Below are positions 1 through 13,420 of a stretch of 64,000 nucleotides of DNA, piece by piece. Each line of letters starts with the position of its first letter. The stretch's first letter is position 1. The stretch is taken from positions 50,840,001 through 50,904,000 of the forward strand of contig OX597822.1 in NCBI GenBank assembly GCA_951406725.2, given 5' to 3'. The DNA is from Octopus vulgaris. Taxonomy: Eukaryota. The position numbers were made by a program, and so were the translations under genes. Below the pieces are notes generated by a model. The model saw only the letters and a list, made by a program, of their open reading frames with translations, was not told the origin of the DNA and made no database searches.

Positions 1-19
1 CAGTAGTCAGCTGGCACGC

Positions 20-142
20 ATTTTAGCAAACGCAGAAGGATGAAAAGCAAGGTTGACCTCTGTGGAATTTGAATTCAGAACGTTAAAAAATCCCGCTAAG
101 CACGTTGCTTCGACACGCAAAAGATTTTGCTAGCTCACCGCC
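20..142 (-). mobile_element. tRNA-derived SINE, Meta-domain type (degraded)
   Basis: Minus strand reads ggcggtgagctagc...gttctgaattcaaattcc-acagaggtcaaccttgcttttcatccttc: A/B-box-like head plus the GGTCGACT..GCCTTTCATCCTT central domain; homologous copies elsewhere in window. Confidence 0.7.
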
Positions 143-1072
143 GCGCTAAAGATTTAAATAATGCGGAGTGATATAAGTCCTTCAGTTCATTAGAAAACAT
201 TTAAGTAAATATAATTCTTAAAGAGTATTAAAATATTTTATATAGGTTTTATAGATTTAATTGTATACAGAAAAGATAATAACTGAGATGGTACAGAAGG
301 AGACTACTGATATAACATGCCAGTGCTAGAATCGAGCGAGAAAATTAATACATTGCGCTGTATATAGAGAAAAATAACATGGGAATTTATTTCGAGTAAA
401 CGTATTACGAAAATCAGAAATCTCACTAAAATAACACAATCTTACTAAGAATAGACAGCGTCATTATGCATATTATTTGTAAATATAAACTTTTTTTGAT
501 TCTTTCGAGATATGCCACAAATAAACCACAAAATGCAGGTTTCTGCCAATGTTTTATAAGCACACAGAGCAGTAGAAAATGAAACAGAATTATGAGGAGA
601 AACGGAAATCAATAATATCAGGATTAAAAATATAAATAACCAATATATTTTTCCCCATTTAAGAATGAAATACAATATCCAAAATGTCAAATAGATACAA
701 ATATGAAGAAAAAACTAAAATTATAGCGATATACAGTAATATAAAATACACCATATTTGTATCCAGAATATATAAACGAACGAAATAGAAAACATCCAAG
801 AGTGTAGCTGCTTAAAAATAGCAAAAGAAAGTGTACGGTGGAAGGCAAACAATACTATAGTAGTTGTGTTCAAATAAATGTCTGAAATAAAATGAGGAGA
901 ACATGGCTTCAAATTCAAAATTAGTGCTTAAGAAGTGTTAGTAACACTTGAATTGTGACTACATATTGAACACGATCCCTATATGTTTTAAAATAATATC
1001 AAATTTACACTCAATAACATTTGAACTCAGAATGTTAAGGAACGGTATTTTTCAGCTTTATATATGTTAAGG

Positions 1073-1122
<50 letters not shown>

Positions 1123-1163
1123 AACGGTATTCTTCAGTTCTATATCAGCTGTGCCATACAACT

Positions 1164-1204
<41 letters not shown>

Positions 1205-1769
1205 CTCTCACTTACTCTTTCTTCATGAGCCATGACTGTTTAGATGCGTAGGTGATCGTGGATGTTTTTTGCAATGTCTTGCCATTCGATAATTTTCTTG
1301 TTTAAACAAGAATTGCAGTTTCCCTTTCACTTCTGCTGATTTATTTACATTTTCGTTGATGTTAAATAGGCGCACACCATATTTAACATAGCCCTCTTTT
1401 GAATCATGTATGCCTTTTCGCAGGATCTTCTTCAACTCTATGTCACAATAACTGGGACATTTGACAGACACTACGACACATAACGATTGTAACATATAGT
1501 TTAAATTCTCTTCCAGGACATACAATATATTAGCCACGTAATAATTTCTAAGTTAGGAAACTTATCGAATGTTTTGGCGAAATGGATATGATAAATTTAT
1601 TTGATTTTGCTATTTCACTAGTATTGAATTTGAAAGAACAAAATTCCTAATCGGCTTCACTGTGATTTGAAATAAGAATTCAAGGGAATATAAACAATCA
1701 ACGCATACTTTTCATAAATTACGTTAACCATTTTGTAAATCAGTACGCTTGTATATCTAACGTTTTTCT

Positions 1770-1983
1770 CATTTTTGGCACAAAGCCCAAATTTTGGAGG
1801 ATAGGGGTTAAGTCGATTAGATCGAGCCCAGTGTTCAACTGATATTTTCATCCTTCCAAGACTAAAAGGATGAAAGGAAAAGTCGATCTAGGGAGAATTT
1901 AAACTCACACCATAAACAGGGACGCATTGCTTGCCGCTAAGCGTTTTGTCCCACGCATAAACTATTCCGCTGCTCATCACCCT
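1770..1983 (-). mobile_element. tRNA-derived SINE, Meta-domain type
   Basis: Minus strand gagtttaaattctccctagatcgacttttcctttcatccttt...ctgggctcgatctaatcgactt matches the copies at 25.5 and 46.2 kb. Confidence 0.7.
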
Positions 1984-2707
1984 GAACGCTTACATTTCTA
2001 ATAGCAGTTTCTTATAAAGGCGAACCGGCGGAATCATTAGCAGTTTTCCACAAAGGTTCTCTGGTTATAAATGCACACTGGTTTCGCTGTTGTTGCTGTT
2101 ATTGTTTTTATCTTGTACACGTGCCTCTGATTGTTTTTGTTTTTTTTCGTTCTTCTTCTTCACGTGCTTGCTGTAGTTTTTGCTGATGCTGTTGCTTTTA
2201 CTGTTGTCCCTGTCACCACCACTGCTTCAACTTTAGGTGTTACTGTTTTACACATTGCCATTATTGTTGTTCATACTGTTATTGCTGCTCCTTGTATGAT
2301 TGCAGGTGTTGCTGTTGTCATAGCAAGAAGACGAAATTCTATTGCTTTGTGTCGATAAAATAATTTTAACTATGTTCATGCTTACAATTAGAGTTTAATC
2401 TGGTTCGTTAGAATGCTGTTCAATGTCGATTATTTTCCATGTTCCGACATTTTTTATAATCGCAAAATATACAAATTTCTTGTTTTCACACTAATAAAAT
2501 TCACACAAGTAAAATAAAAATCACTGGGTTACAGACAGAGGGTTACCTGTACAGAAATGTTACCACCACGATCCAGACAACATTAGCAAAATAGTTACCA
2601 CAAAATGATTGACTGAACAGTCTTTAACGCGCCGAAATGATTGACGAAACACTTTAAACTTACAGAGCACCAACTCTGTGCATCTTCGCAGTAAGGCAGC
2701 AGCAGCA

Positions 2708-2719
2708 ATAATAATAATA

Positions 2720-2756
<37 letters not shown>

Positions 2757-2763
2757 TAATAAT
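2708..2763. repeat. (AAT)n microsatellite
   Basis: Direct reading. Confidence 0.95.
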
Positions 2764-3088
2764 ATGTCAACGAATATTTTATTAGACCTTGGATGAAATA
2801 TGATTTATTAAGTTTTATATTAATTGCTATTTAGTTGGGCTGAAATGATTTTTCAGTTAAAAATAATAATTGAAACAATATCTTTCTTTCCTTTGATGTT
2901 AGGAAATTGTAAAATATTTCGTAATTTTTAATGAGACTTGAACAATGAGTAATACAAATCATGCCATATTGATCTCACACTGCATACCTAAATAATGTCA
3001 GAATCATTAAAACACTATGTTCACCACAGAACAATATTATTTTAATATCAATGTAGCAGATAGAGAGGAGTCACTGGCATAGGTTTAT

Positions 3089-3480
3089 GTATTAGGTTGG
3101 AAAATAGGACCTGATGCATTGCTAAAATCACAGTTTAGATACTTTGCAATATTTACACTATGATAAGCATCAATGTTTACTTTCAAATATTGCTTTCACC
3201 TCTGAAAATTATTTTATACCTCCCGTATTTTATGTTTTCTCACTCTCTCTTTTCCTTTTTCCGCTAAACTGAATTTATATCAGGCCCTTATCAAACACTG
3301 CATGGATTTTATCAGCAACGGAAGCAGCAAGAAATACTCGTTCTATGGAAATGAAACTTTAATTGTCCAGGCATACCAACGATGTCTTGGCCAGTTTCGA
3401 TCTGGAAATTTGTCTCTCGCACCCTCGAACTAATCCACTACTTTCTCTAAGTATGTAGCTTCTGAAAACCGTAGCAGAGG
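3089..3480 (+). mobile_element. mariner-type DNA transposon relic (5' TIR plus N-terminal HTH remnant)
   Basis: TA-TTAGGTTGGAAAATAG terminus; degenerate SATEAARN...QFRSGNLSL resembles the mariner transposase HTH. Confidence 0.55.
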
Positions 3481-4580
3481 TATATGCTAGACAGTTCAAT
3501 TTAGGTCACTTTTCTATAACATGCTGTCATGAACAAGTAAAAGAGTTTAAACTTGGTGGATTCTAAAGAATTCTTAAAGTAAACTACAGAAGAAATATTC
3601 TAACATTATGTGGAGGTGGAAAGTAACATATGTTTATCGGGTGTATTATTTATGTACCAGAAGTAATATGCCATCTCATTCACTGACATTTATCCAGTTA
3701 ACATAAATTCGGTCCGTAGCGTAATAATTATGTATAAGCTCATAGTTGACTTTATAAATAATATAGGTACCAAGATATTTTATTAAACTACAGTAAAAAG
3801 AAAGAATTTTAAAAATATTTGAAGTAGCTGATCCATCATTGATTTCTAGATTTTACTTTTTATTTCTGTAAAGAAAAACATTTCTCTCTTCATTACGACA
3901 GGGTAGTTTTTTGGCAAATTTTTAATGAATAATAAACTTGCTTGGAATAAATTTGCTTTAGTTGTATTTTATACGTCTTTAATGTTTATTTATCAATGCA
4001 AAATCAGAATTATTCTGTCGCTAAATATTGTTGAGAATGCATACTTAAAGAAATACCACTAGGAGATATAAAAATAACATATTCCATAAACAGATGATCT
4101 GTTATTCCTTATAAATAATCTAGTTTTTAAAACATGTACAACTGCACAACGTTGCAGCTGTTTTTATAGGCATATTTGGATACAGATAAACTTGTTTGTC
4201 ATAACGTTGATACGTGTTTATGATGTAATGCACAAAGTACAGATAAGAAGAATATGGATTCTATAGTCTATTCAGAAACATTAAAAAAATTGATTTATCT
4301 AAATCGGATACTTCATAACAGAATATGCAATTATTATGACTATTTATATTTTTTTACACTTTCGTGCATTCTCTCCTTTATTGCAACAACTTATTCCGTT
4401 CCAAATTATAAAAAGCATTACGTGTGTGTTTATGTATGTATGTATGTGAGTGTGTTTATGCGTAAAAATAGATTGTGTAAATATGCATGTACACATGTAT
4501 CTACCTATCTGCTTCTCTGACAATCTATTTCTGTGAGTTTGTATGCCTGTCTATCTATATATCTATATATCTATCTATCT

Positions 4581-4634
<54 letters not shown>

Positions 4635-5714
4635 GGCGTCCAAAGCCCAGCTCCAAAGTCCCAGTACTGGTTCCAGGTAAGCACGAAAGTAACGAATCAC
4701 TTGGCTGTGTCGCTACGATAGCATTGACGTCTTGTCAAGAATCTTGAAACAGTAGGCTGAAAGAGCGCTGGTACCGCCAGTTCGACGCTGTTACATTGTT
4801 CAATACTGTCTAAATCCCTTGATGAATCACAGAGTGAGTCTTGGAACGAAGTGCGTGGGCATCGGGTACGCGATCTGTCGTCGACCATAATAAAAGACAA
4901 GCAGGCAGTCTATCTGTGTATTACATAATGCTTCCCAACTCTACTTCTACTGCAAGCCCAATGCTGATGCCTCCATGAGCGGCAGTTGCAGATCTGATAC
5001 TCAGAAAGCTTCCAGCTCCTAAAAACACTTTGGCTACGTGCACGTGATGGTAATTTCCTCTCTAGTTCTACTTTCGAAGAAACGAGAAAGACTCAAAAGA
5101 AATAAAAAGAAGACAAAGCAAGGTCTGTCAACTCCGGTCAAGACGACCACCTGCCGTGCCAAGGATATAGAATATGGAGACTTATTCATCCTTAAAACTT
5201 ATTTCTTTTCATTTTACAATTTCTAGCAGCGTATGCTGAAGGCTATTACGACCCACACGTGTTTCCACCTACACGTGCCTCGACGTTAGCTGCCTGAACG
5301 AAGCTACACTGAACGAAATTACCTGAACGAAGCTGCACAGAAAATTATAGCCGGTTGCATGTGCAACTGCCTATATTCTGCACAGGGGAAAAGCGTGTAG
5401 GTGGCAATAGCCACAAAAATATGCTATATTAAATTGCAAAATAAAAAGGAATAAAGTTTGAGGATGATGAAGCCTAAATATTCTCTATCATTATAATTAT
5501 TGCTAATATTCATTCGAGATAATATTACGATCTACAGAAGCAAACACAGAATTATCCATCGTAGGAATTTACTGCGTGAATTATCATTCATAAGAGTCAT
5601 AGATGTTAAATACTAACTAGCCGTAACCAGGAACAAAACTGAGATCTACTACGATAACAGCCCGGATAATATATCCCTTTAAGCTCTCTCTCACAGACAC
5701 ACAGACGCACACAC

Positions 5715-5911
5715 GCGCCACTGATGCTATAGAAGGGAATGCCAAAGCCTATACGACTTGGCTGCAGTGACATCACGACTCGTTTCTAGAGCTGAGTGAA
5801 CTGGAGCAACGAGAAATAAAGTTTCATACTCAGGAGGACAACATACAGTCCTCTCCAGGTCTCGAACTCATTACCTGATGAGTGTGAGCCCGACGCTCTA
5901 ACCACTGGGCT
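5715..5911 (-). mobile_element. tRNA-derived SINE (third family)
   Basis: Minus strand agcccagtggttagagcg (A box) ... gagttcgagacc (B box), then ttgctccagttcactcagct. Confidence 0.65.
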
Positions 5912-5925
5912 ATATCTATCTATCT

Positions 5926-5956
<31 letters not shown>

Positions 5957-5957
<1 letters not shown>

Positions 5958-7384
5958 CATATCATCAAGGTATTTGAGAGGGTGGTGAGATCTCAAATAA
6001 CCCAATTTCTGGAAAGCAGCAGACGGCTGATCTCCAACCAACATGGGTTCCGTAATGGAAGGGACTGCCTAACGCAGCTCCTGCATCAATTTGAGGACAT
6101 TTTGAGAGCTTTGGGAGAGGGCTCCAACACCGATGTCATCTACCTTGATTTCAGTAAGGCCTTCGACAGGGTCGATCACAAGATCCTATTGAAAAAACTA
6201 TCCAACATTGGTGTCTCTGGAAAGTTACTGAAATGGATTAAGTGTTTCCTGACAGACAGATCTCAACATGTTGTAGTTGAAGGGGTAAAATCAAGCCCAG
6301 CCAAAGTCAGTAGTGGCGTTCCGCAAGGCACTGTGCTGGGCCCACTTCTTTTCATCATTTACATTAATGACATTAATGACATCATCAAGCACAGCAACAT
6401 AAAAATCTTTGCAGATGACTCCAAGCTACAGAAGGTCATAAATGAGGCGAGTGACCGGACATGCCTTCAGTCAGATCTACTGGCTGTTATCCAATGGGCA
6501 GAAAAAAACAATATGCTGCTGAACGAGGATAAATTTGAGCTAATCCACTTTGGAAAAGAGGATGCCCTGAAACTCCCATACTCCCTTCCTTCAGGTGAAA
6601 CTCTCGCGGCGTCCAACAACATCAGAGACTTGGGAGTAATTGTGGACAACAACGTAAGCTGGGCCACTCATATAAACACCAAAGTTGACATGGCCCGCAG
6701 AATGTGTTCCTGGATTCTCAGAACTTTCCAGTCGAGAGATATCCACACCATTATCCTTCTCTTCTCCACTTTTGCCCGACCCCACCTTGAATACTGTTGT
6801 CCACTGTGGTCTCCCCACACAATACAAGGTATCATAAAAGTCGAAGCACCTCAAAGGGCAATCACAAAAAAGATAGATGGCATGACAGGCCTCGACTATT
6901 GGGGTCGACTAGAAAAGCTAAAACTCTATTCTCTCCAACGTCGTCGTGAGCGCTACATCATCTGCATGATGTGGAAAATATTCCATCAGCATTGCCCAAA
7001 TGATGTTGGCATCACCTTTAAGGTACATCCAAGGCTTGGGCCCCGTGCCATCCGCCCAAAACAAAAATCGCACTCTCATCTCATAACAACAATACGGCAC
7101 AATTATTTCACCTCAATTGGCCCCGCTCTCTTTAACATTACACCAAAACACATTAAAACAGAAACTGACCCTATAGGGTTCAAGAAGTCTTTGGACAGAT
7201 TCCTTCAAGAAATCCCGGATAAACCCCCTACACCCGGATATGTCTCTGTAAACAATAACTCTCTACTTGAGTGGGCCATAGTGCCCAAATTCTGACTTGA
7301 AAGACTTCACCAGGTGGTGCTATTAAGTTAGACATGGCCTGGGCCAATAATGGCCGAAACCTATCAAAGTATCAAAGTATCAAA

Positions 7385-7386
<2 letters not shown>
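5957..7386 (+). mobile_element. 5'-truncated CR1-group non-LTR retrotransposon, young copy
   Basis: Begins mid-ORF directly after (TA)n; uninterrupted RT frame; short 3'UTR ending in (TATCAAAG)3 then (TA)n. Confidence 0.92.
5982..7295 (+). CDS. Reverse transcriptase, C-terminal part of ORF2 of a CR1-group LINE (no native start)
   Basis: Motifs QHGFR, YLDFSKAFDRVDH, SGVPQGTVLGPLLF, FADDSKL, RPHLEYC..WSP, LYSLQRRRER. Confidence 0.92.
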   Translation: MVRSQITQFLESSRRLISNQHGFRNGRDCLTQLLHQFEDILRALGEGSNTDVIYLDFSKAFDRVDHKILLKKLSNIGVSGKLLKWIKCFLTDRSQHVVVEGVKSSPAKVSSGVPQGTVLGPLLFIIYINDINDIIKHSNIKIFADDSKLQKVINEASDRTCLQSDLLAVIQWAEKNNMLLNEDKFELIHFGKEDALKLPYSLPSGETLAASNNIRDLGVIVDNNVSWATHINTKVDMARRMCSWILRTFQSRDIHTIILLFSTFARPHLEYCCPLWSPHTIQGIIKVEAPQRAITKKIDGMTGLDYWGRLEKLKLYSLQRRRERYIICMMWKIFHQHCPNDVGITFKVHPRLGPRAIRPKQKSHSHLITTIRHNYFTSIGPALFNITPKHIKTETDPIGFKKSLDRFLQEIPDKPPTPGYVSVNNNSLLEWAIVPKF

Positions 7387-7441
<55 letters not shown>

Positions 7442-8026
7442 TTATACGAAAAGGAATTAGAAAAGAACTGCACGTTTCATTATGGTATCCTCTAAATTTA
7501 TTCCATTGAATACGATAAACTGTAATCACTTGCCTGAAGCACCACTGTCAGGGCTTTCGTCAATAAAGTATTCCACGCTGCATGCAAAGAATTTCAGCAG
7601 ATTCAATAAAATGTATGCAGCTTGTGTCAATGCTTTAGACTGCAAGACGTGCAAGGATCCTCTGACTTGAAAATTAATAATAATAGCTACCCAGCTTAAT
7701 ATGAGAGAAGATAGGAAAATTTGATGAAATTGACGTTAAATGCATGGCATGATAAAGGACTCTCGTCATTTATCGCGCAAGCTTCTAGTGATTTCAAGTT
7801 TCCAGTAATTGCAACTTTCTAGTGACTTATTTTAAGTTCAGAGAGTATAAATGTGGTTTAAATATGAACAAACTATGACATACCATTTCATTCCATACAT
7901 CTAAGCATATTTTGAAACCTGGCATCAATAGTGGAATGTTTCAGAAGATAAAATATAAATAAAAAAAACAATACTTAACACTTCCTTCACTGCTTAACAC
8001 GAGCAGTGAAGGAAGGAATGCAAAAA

Positions 8027-8114
<88 letters not shown>

Positions 8115-10362
8115 CTACATATATACATATATACATACTTGTGCATATATGGTGGAGTGTTGCTTTAATAGAGTTCCTATCCAGAAATGCTTAGCATTTT
8201 ATCCATATCTATCTGTTCACATATATGACTTAGAATTACATAATGGCTGCTGAACCGTCCTCAATATGTGGCAGGTTTTTTTGCTTCTAGCATCATTGTA
8301 AGTATTTCATTTATTGATCAAATGCTATTTTATGTTATGATAGAACCTTCTATCTTTCTTAGTTCGAGTAGTTTCCACTAATTTCGTAGTTGAGTTTCAA
8401 ATGTCTACATAACTGTTTTCCACTTTAATTATTGAGGAAACATCTGCATAATATATAATATACACGTATAAACTATATTCACTTTTGTTTTGTAAATAGC
8501 CACACTGAGCTTTATTTCTTTTGTTATTATGGTAGTTTTATTTGTCATTATGGTAGTGGATCTGACTAATTTTCACGGTACACGTATTGCGGATCTTACT
8601 ATATCAATATTGTCCTGCGAAATGTTTATTGAAATATCAAAAAATGTTTATTGAAATATCAAAAATCTCCACCTAAATTACCTTTAACGTTTATAGACGA
8701 AAGTGATGCAAAACAAACTTTTCTTGTATATAGTATTTTCTACAACAACAAACTTAGGTTCCATAGTAAATCTGTTTCTTCAGTCTGCTTTACTGTTGTG
8801 TCTAGTTACAGCAATGAGTGCTTTCTGAAGAATTATTTAGAAACAACTAGATTGTATATCCTCCCAATTATGGTGCTTCTAAAAATTATAGCAATATATG
8901 GGAATGCCTATTCCATGGCCTTATGATAAGATGTTTACTGTATTTTTCTGAAAATATGTCGAGTGAATAGTCAGAAATCAGCCATAACAAAATTAGTACG
9001 TACGCTTGGTTTGAGCCCTAGCTTATTAATTGCTGTGATTAGTTTCTTTCGGGAGTTATCTACAACATTTTATGAGACAGTCGTAAAACAGATGGGCCAT
9101 CGTCTCGGTATAGATCAATACTTTGATTTTAGAATATATTAATTAATTTTGCCATTATAAATAAATTCCTTAAACTTAAACTCTCATTTCTTCGAACTAT
9201 TCAAACAGTTCAATTAGAATTTTGTTTAGTCTACGGGAGAAAAAAATTTCAGTCATGAAATTTCAGCGCATCTCTCAATACCTTTAGCCAGAAATGTACT
9301 GTTATACTATTTGAGTTTTTCCATTAGATAATTCTATATATCATATACCATTATGTTTGCAAAAGTGTTCCCAAAATATTTGCTACAATGATTTTTGTAT
9401 TTTATTGCTCTGAAAAGATCGCTAATGCATCAGTGTCTTTAATAAAAATGAAACCGGCATAAATACTAGGGCAAAAAAAAATCAAATTTGCTTTTAGTTA
9501 CGAATATTACAAACAACACATTTTCTCATGCAACATACTGCTGTACGGCTAACATTTCTCAAAAAGCCTTATATATTTGATATTTGCTACTCTGTCTTCC
9601 TTGGAGTGCTTGAACTCCAGCAGTTGTCAAAACGTATTAGATTTCTTTTCAATATATGCATTGTTTACGATTTCCTAAGGAGAATACTTTATGAAAACTT
9701 GTATTCTGCTAATTTGTCTTGTCACAATATATCTACGGTTTTGCTATTTTTCCCCAGAAAAAAACACATAGATATGTATTATTGCATATGATTTTCCTTG
9801 ACATGTATTCTTAATTCACTGTTCATATTATTTAGTTTTAGCATGAAGAAGTACTTATGAGACTTGTTACCTCTGTTAGACTCCCCATTCAATTATTTTA
9901 GTTTCCTGTTCTAACATGTTTAATCTACTAAATTCTTTTTACACTTTTCTTTCAAAATAAATAGAATACAATATATGTTCCATGTGCGATCACATTCGAT
10001 GCAAAAAGGATAAATACATTCATGTTGTGCTTATTGCATTGTTGTTCACATAATAATTTATGTTATTAATATTTGACAGATTTTGTAATACACTCACACA
10101 CACAAAAACACACTCACTCACTCACTAGCTCACTCACTCAAACACACACACACACACATAAAATACTTCAAATGCAACTTAGACTAAATGAGCTTCTAAG
10201 AAAAGTAGGATAACAAAAACAATTCCAAACTAAATAAATAGGCGTGTATACAATACATTTCTAAAAACATGAAAACAACAGCATATAGGAAATTTACAGG
10301 TTTATAAGAATTAACTACAAGCCTATAGACTTGTAAGTATAACTATATATATATATATATAT

Positions 10363-10740
10363 TGGCGCGGGAGTGGCTGTGGGGTAAGTAGCATGCTAAC
10401 CAACCGCATGGTTCCACGGTGTGGCACCTTGGGCAAGTGTCTTCTATTTTAGCCTCGGACCGACCAAAGACATGTGGGGGGATTTGGTAGACGGAAACTA
10501 AAAGAAGCCCGTCATATATGTATACGTATATATGTATGTAAGTCATGTATCTGTGTTTGTCACCCCAGCATCGCTTGACAATGTTGGTGTGTTTACCTCC
10601 CCGTAATTAGCTGTTCGGCAAAAGAGACCGATAGAATAAGTACTAGGTCTCCAAAGGATAAGTCTTGGGGCTGATTTATTCGACTACAAGGCAGTGCTCT
10701 AACATGGCGGCAATCAAACGATTGAAATAAATAAAAGAAT
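10363..10740 (+). mobile_element. CORE-type tRNA-derived SINE, near full length
   Basis: ggcgcgggagtggctgtggggtaag head, tggcaccttgggcaagtgtctt core, 3' tail ggcagtgctctaacatggcggcaatcaaacgattgaaata. Confidence 0.8.
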
Positions 10741-10769
10741 ATATATACATATAAGGAATGGGAGATTTT

Positions 10770-11120
10770 CATGGGACCCTAAGCAAAAGATTCTTTAAAA
10801 AAGTGCCTGTAGTGATATCCGAAAATAGCCAGAAGGACAGAACATCTGTCTCTCGACAGGGGTAGGACAGTGAGATTTCTTTCGACGCCTGGAGGTTTCC
10901 TTCAGGCTTCTCAACATTCAGTAGTAATGGGTGACTGGATCTTGAACGCACGTTTAGATTGTGTAGGCTACCGTGTACAAGACGGGGTGCAAAAGCTTCA
11001 CAAACTAACTGAGACGCTATCCACTGAGGGGAACCCTCCGGATTTCCTGAACGTGCCAGCGTGGACAAGGATCAAGTGCATCGGGTCATGTATGGCGTAC
11101 TTTGTAATCCAGTAACGTAA
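10770..11120 (+). pseudogene. Degenerate apurinic-like endonuclease fragment of an L1/Tx1-type LINE
   Basis: VVMGDW..LNARLDCVG resembles the APE GD(F/W)N..LD motif; frameshifted. Confidence 0.4.
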
Positions 11121-12484
11121 GCTATACATTTTCCAAAAATGTGGGCTAAATAGACTACAAAATTTTCATCCGCACGTTTGTACTAGATAGAGTTCGTTGG
11201 CGAGGATCCGGCTAGTGGAAGGTGACCGCGTCAATCATAGCATGACAAGGTTACAGAAACCAGATTTGAGAATTAGTTAAGCGGGCGTTGACGGGCAAAA
11301 TCCTCAACGTCAAATGTTGGTCTGCCTGAAAGGGGGAAATAGAGTAGAATATGTTAGATTTCACTAAACATTAGCGATAGAAAGCAAGATAATAGAGAAA
11401 ATTTTAGAAACATAGAAGATACGCTTTGGAAGGCAAACCAAGCGAAGTGCTTGCGACCAGATTAACCCTTTAATATCAATGATACATTTTCAGGATACAT
11501 CTTCTTGTTTAAACGAGCCTGGTTCATTTAACATAGAATCAACTACTATTCGTCGATAAGTGAGCCAGGGGGTTCATCGACGTGTAACGATGTTCAAGTG
11601 AAGCATGTGGGAGAGAAACTGGGACATAGTTTTCGAAGCCATGTAGGACCGGTTTTAGAGCGGACTTACAATCTGCACGCACAAATTTGCTTTGATCTTC
11701 TTTGAGAAACCACTAGTATTAGTCATTCAAACGTAATAATGAGAGACATGATTAGTTGGCTCACGCCATACCACTGGCGCAGCGAAAGGCATTCCCTTCC
11801 GTTTTCCATTCAGCCACTGTGTAAGCTCTGTGTAACACACAGTGCAGCATATATGAGGTGTCCATGTCTTGTCTTGGTCCCCACATTTACACCCGAAATA
11901 ATATTTATGGGCAGTTTTTAATTTGGTGGCAATGTTCTTCCGCTAGTGACGTGGAGCCAATTTTACACAGATATAACAAAAGTTGTCCGAGTGATCCACA
12001 CAGCCTTTCCTGTCCATGATCTAACACAATGAATACAATTAAAACAGTAATCACGTAGAGCGGGAGATATGCATACCCCACGTGACGGCAGCGCAAAAGA
12101 CACTGTCAGTTACCAACAACAAAATGATGTATTTGTCATTGCTCACAATACATGAGCGTCATCTATTGCTAAACCAAATAACGAACTTCCTCATCGTTTC
12201 TTTTATTGTTGTTGTATCTTTAATTTTGAATCAATATCGCTTTCATTTTACCAAAGTTTATAATACGGCATTTTATAATACGTCTTGGTAACTCTCAGTG
12301 AAATAACTGGTCATTTTTATTGTTTTGAAATTGTTTTTCCCTCCTACATTCAACGTGCTATAAATAAGAATGTATTTTTTGTAGTTTCGGGTTTTGACAT
12401 CATTCAGCATGCAAGCAGACCACTTAGTGGCTCTCCTCTCAATGTGTAATTCATACAAACGCATAATGGTATGCTGACCCTTCC

Positions 12485-12515
<31 letters not shown>

Positions 12516-12581
12516 GGTCCCGGGTTGATTCGGGGTTAACCACAGTAAATAAGGTACTCAATACATAGCAGAGTAAAATTA

Positions 12582-12695
12582 ATTTATTATATAGAAGGAG
12601 TTTACAGGACTAGAACTGTTTCATTCAAGAGAAATCTTCAGGAAGATTTCTCTTGAATGAAACAGTTCTAGTCCTGTAGAAGTTCCTTCTATATA

Positions 12696-12701
<6 letters not shown>
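12582..12701. repeat. Near-perfect ~120-bp palindrome in a (TA)n-flanked PLE-terminal-repeat-like fragment (12513-12701)
   Basis: ...gtttcattcaagagaaatcttc-ag-gaagatttctcttgaatgaaac... with a 2-nt centre at 12640-12641. Confidence 0.9.
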
Positions 12702-12742
<41 letters not shown>

Positions 12743-12747
<5 letters not shown>

Positions 12748-13420
12748 AGGGTCAGCATACCATTTGAAACAAGGGCAACACTATAAAATGAAATCAGATT
12801 TCACTTGTGTGTCCGAAAATCTATTTTATCCGACCAAATGCTCGGGCTGCCAGAAAAATTATGTCAGAAGTACAGGAAACTCTATTTGCCGCCGCTGTAC
12901 GGTGCACCGGCAACAAATAACTTCACCACAATATCGCCAGATACATCTCAGCGAACATATTGACGCATGTGCTAAAAAATTGCAACCACAATTCTATATA
13001 TATCCTCTGTAAAAATTTGCTGACTGGATTTAAATACAAACGCGTCTTGTTAACGTAGCCTCAGTCATCCAGAAATATAAACCAGAACTGAACATTAATT
13101 CATTTTAGTAACAACCAGCCCCCACAAGAACAGAACAACATTCAATTTCTCTCTCTACCCTTGAATTTTTTGTAAATAACCCCTAAAACCTATGTATATG
13201 TCTCACAAATCTACATGCATTAAAAATATCACTCCAAAGACTCTGACAATACAAGTAACTTGTAATTTTCAGATATATTGAAGAGTTACATCAAAATTTA
13301 TTGTCAACAACAACAAAAATGACGCATCTTTGAGTCAAATCTGAGATAAGTTTGATAAGCGTAAGACGCGAAACCGGTACTCCCAGTTTATTATATAATG
13401 GTATACTACAACTCTTTGTG
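12743..13420 (+). mobile_element. 3' fragment of a Neptune-type Penelope-like element (GIY-YIG remnant, 3'UTR, HHR-like motif)
   Basis: KSDFTCVSENLFY..KCSGCQKNYV is homologous to the GIY-YIG at 20457-20723; starts after (TA)n; HHR-like core at 13352-13379. Confidence 0.8.

Noticed and set aside
2131-2358. Hydrophobic 75-aa ORF
   Set aside because: Degenerate (GTT/GCT)n repeat
4727-4760. HHR-like gtc-TTGTCAA-gaatctt-GAAAC a GTA-ggc
   Set aside because: Essential A6 missing, stem II not formed, no second copy to support it
5860-5911. tRNA-like A/B boxes (also at other SINE heads)
   Set aside because: No full cloverleaf; they continue into SINE body sequence
11461-11475. TTAA-CCCTT as a piggyBac terminus
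   Set aside because: No matching opposite end or transposase remnant identified
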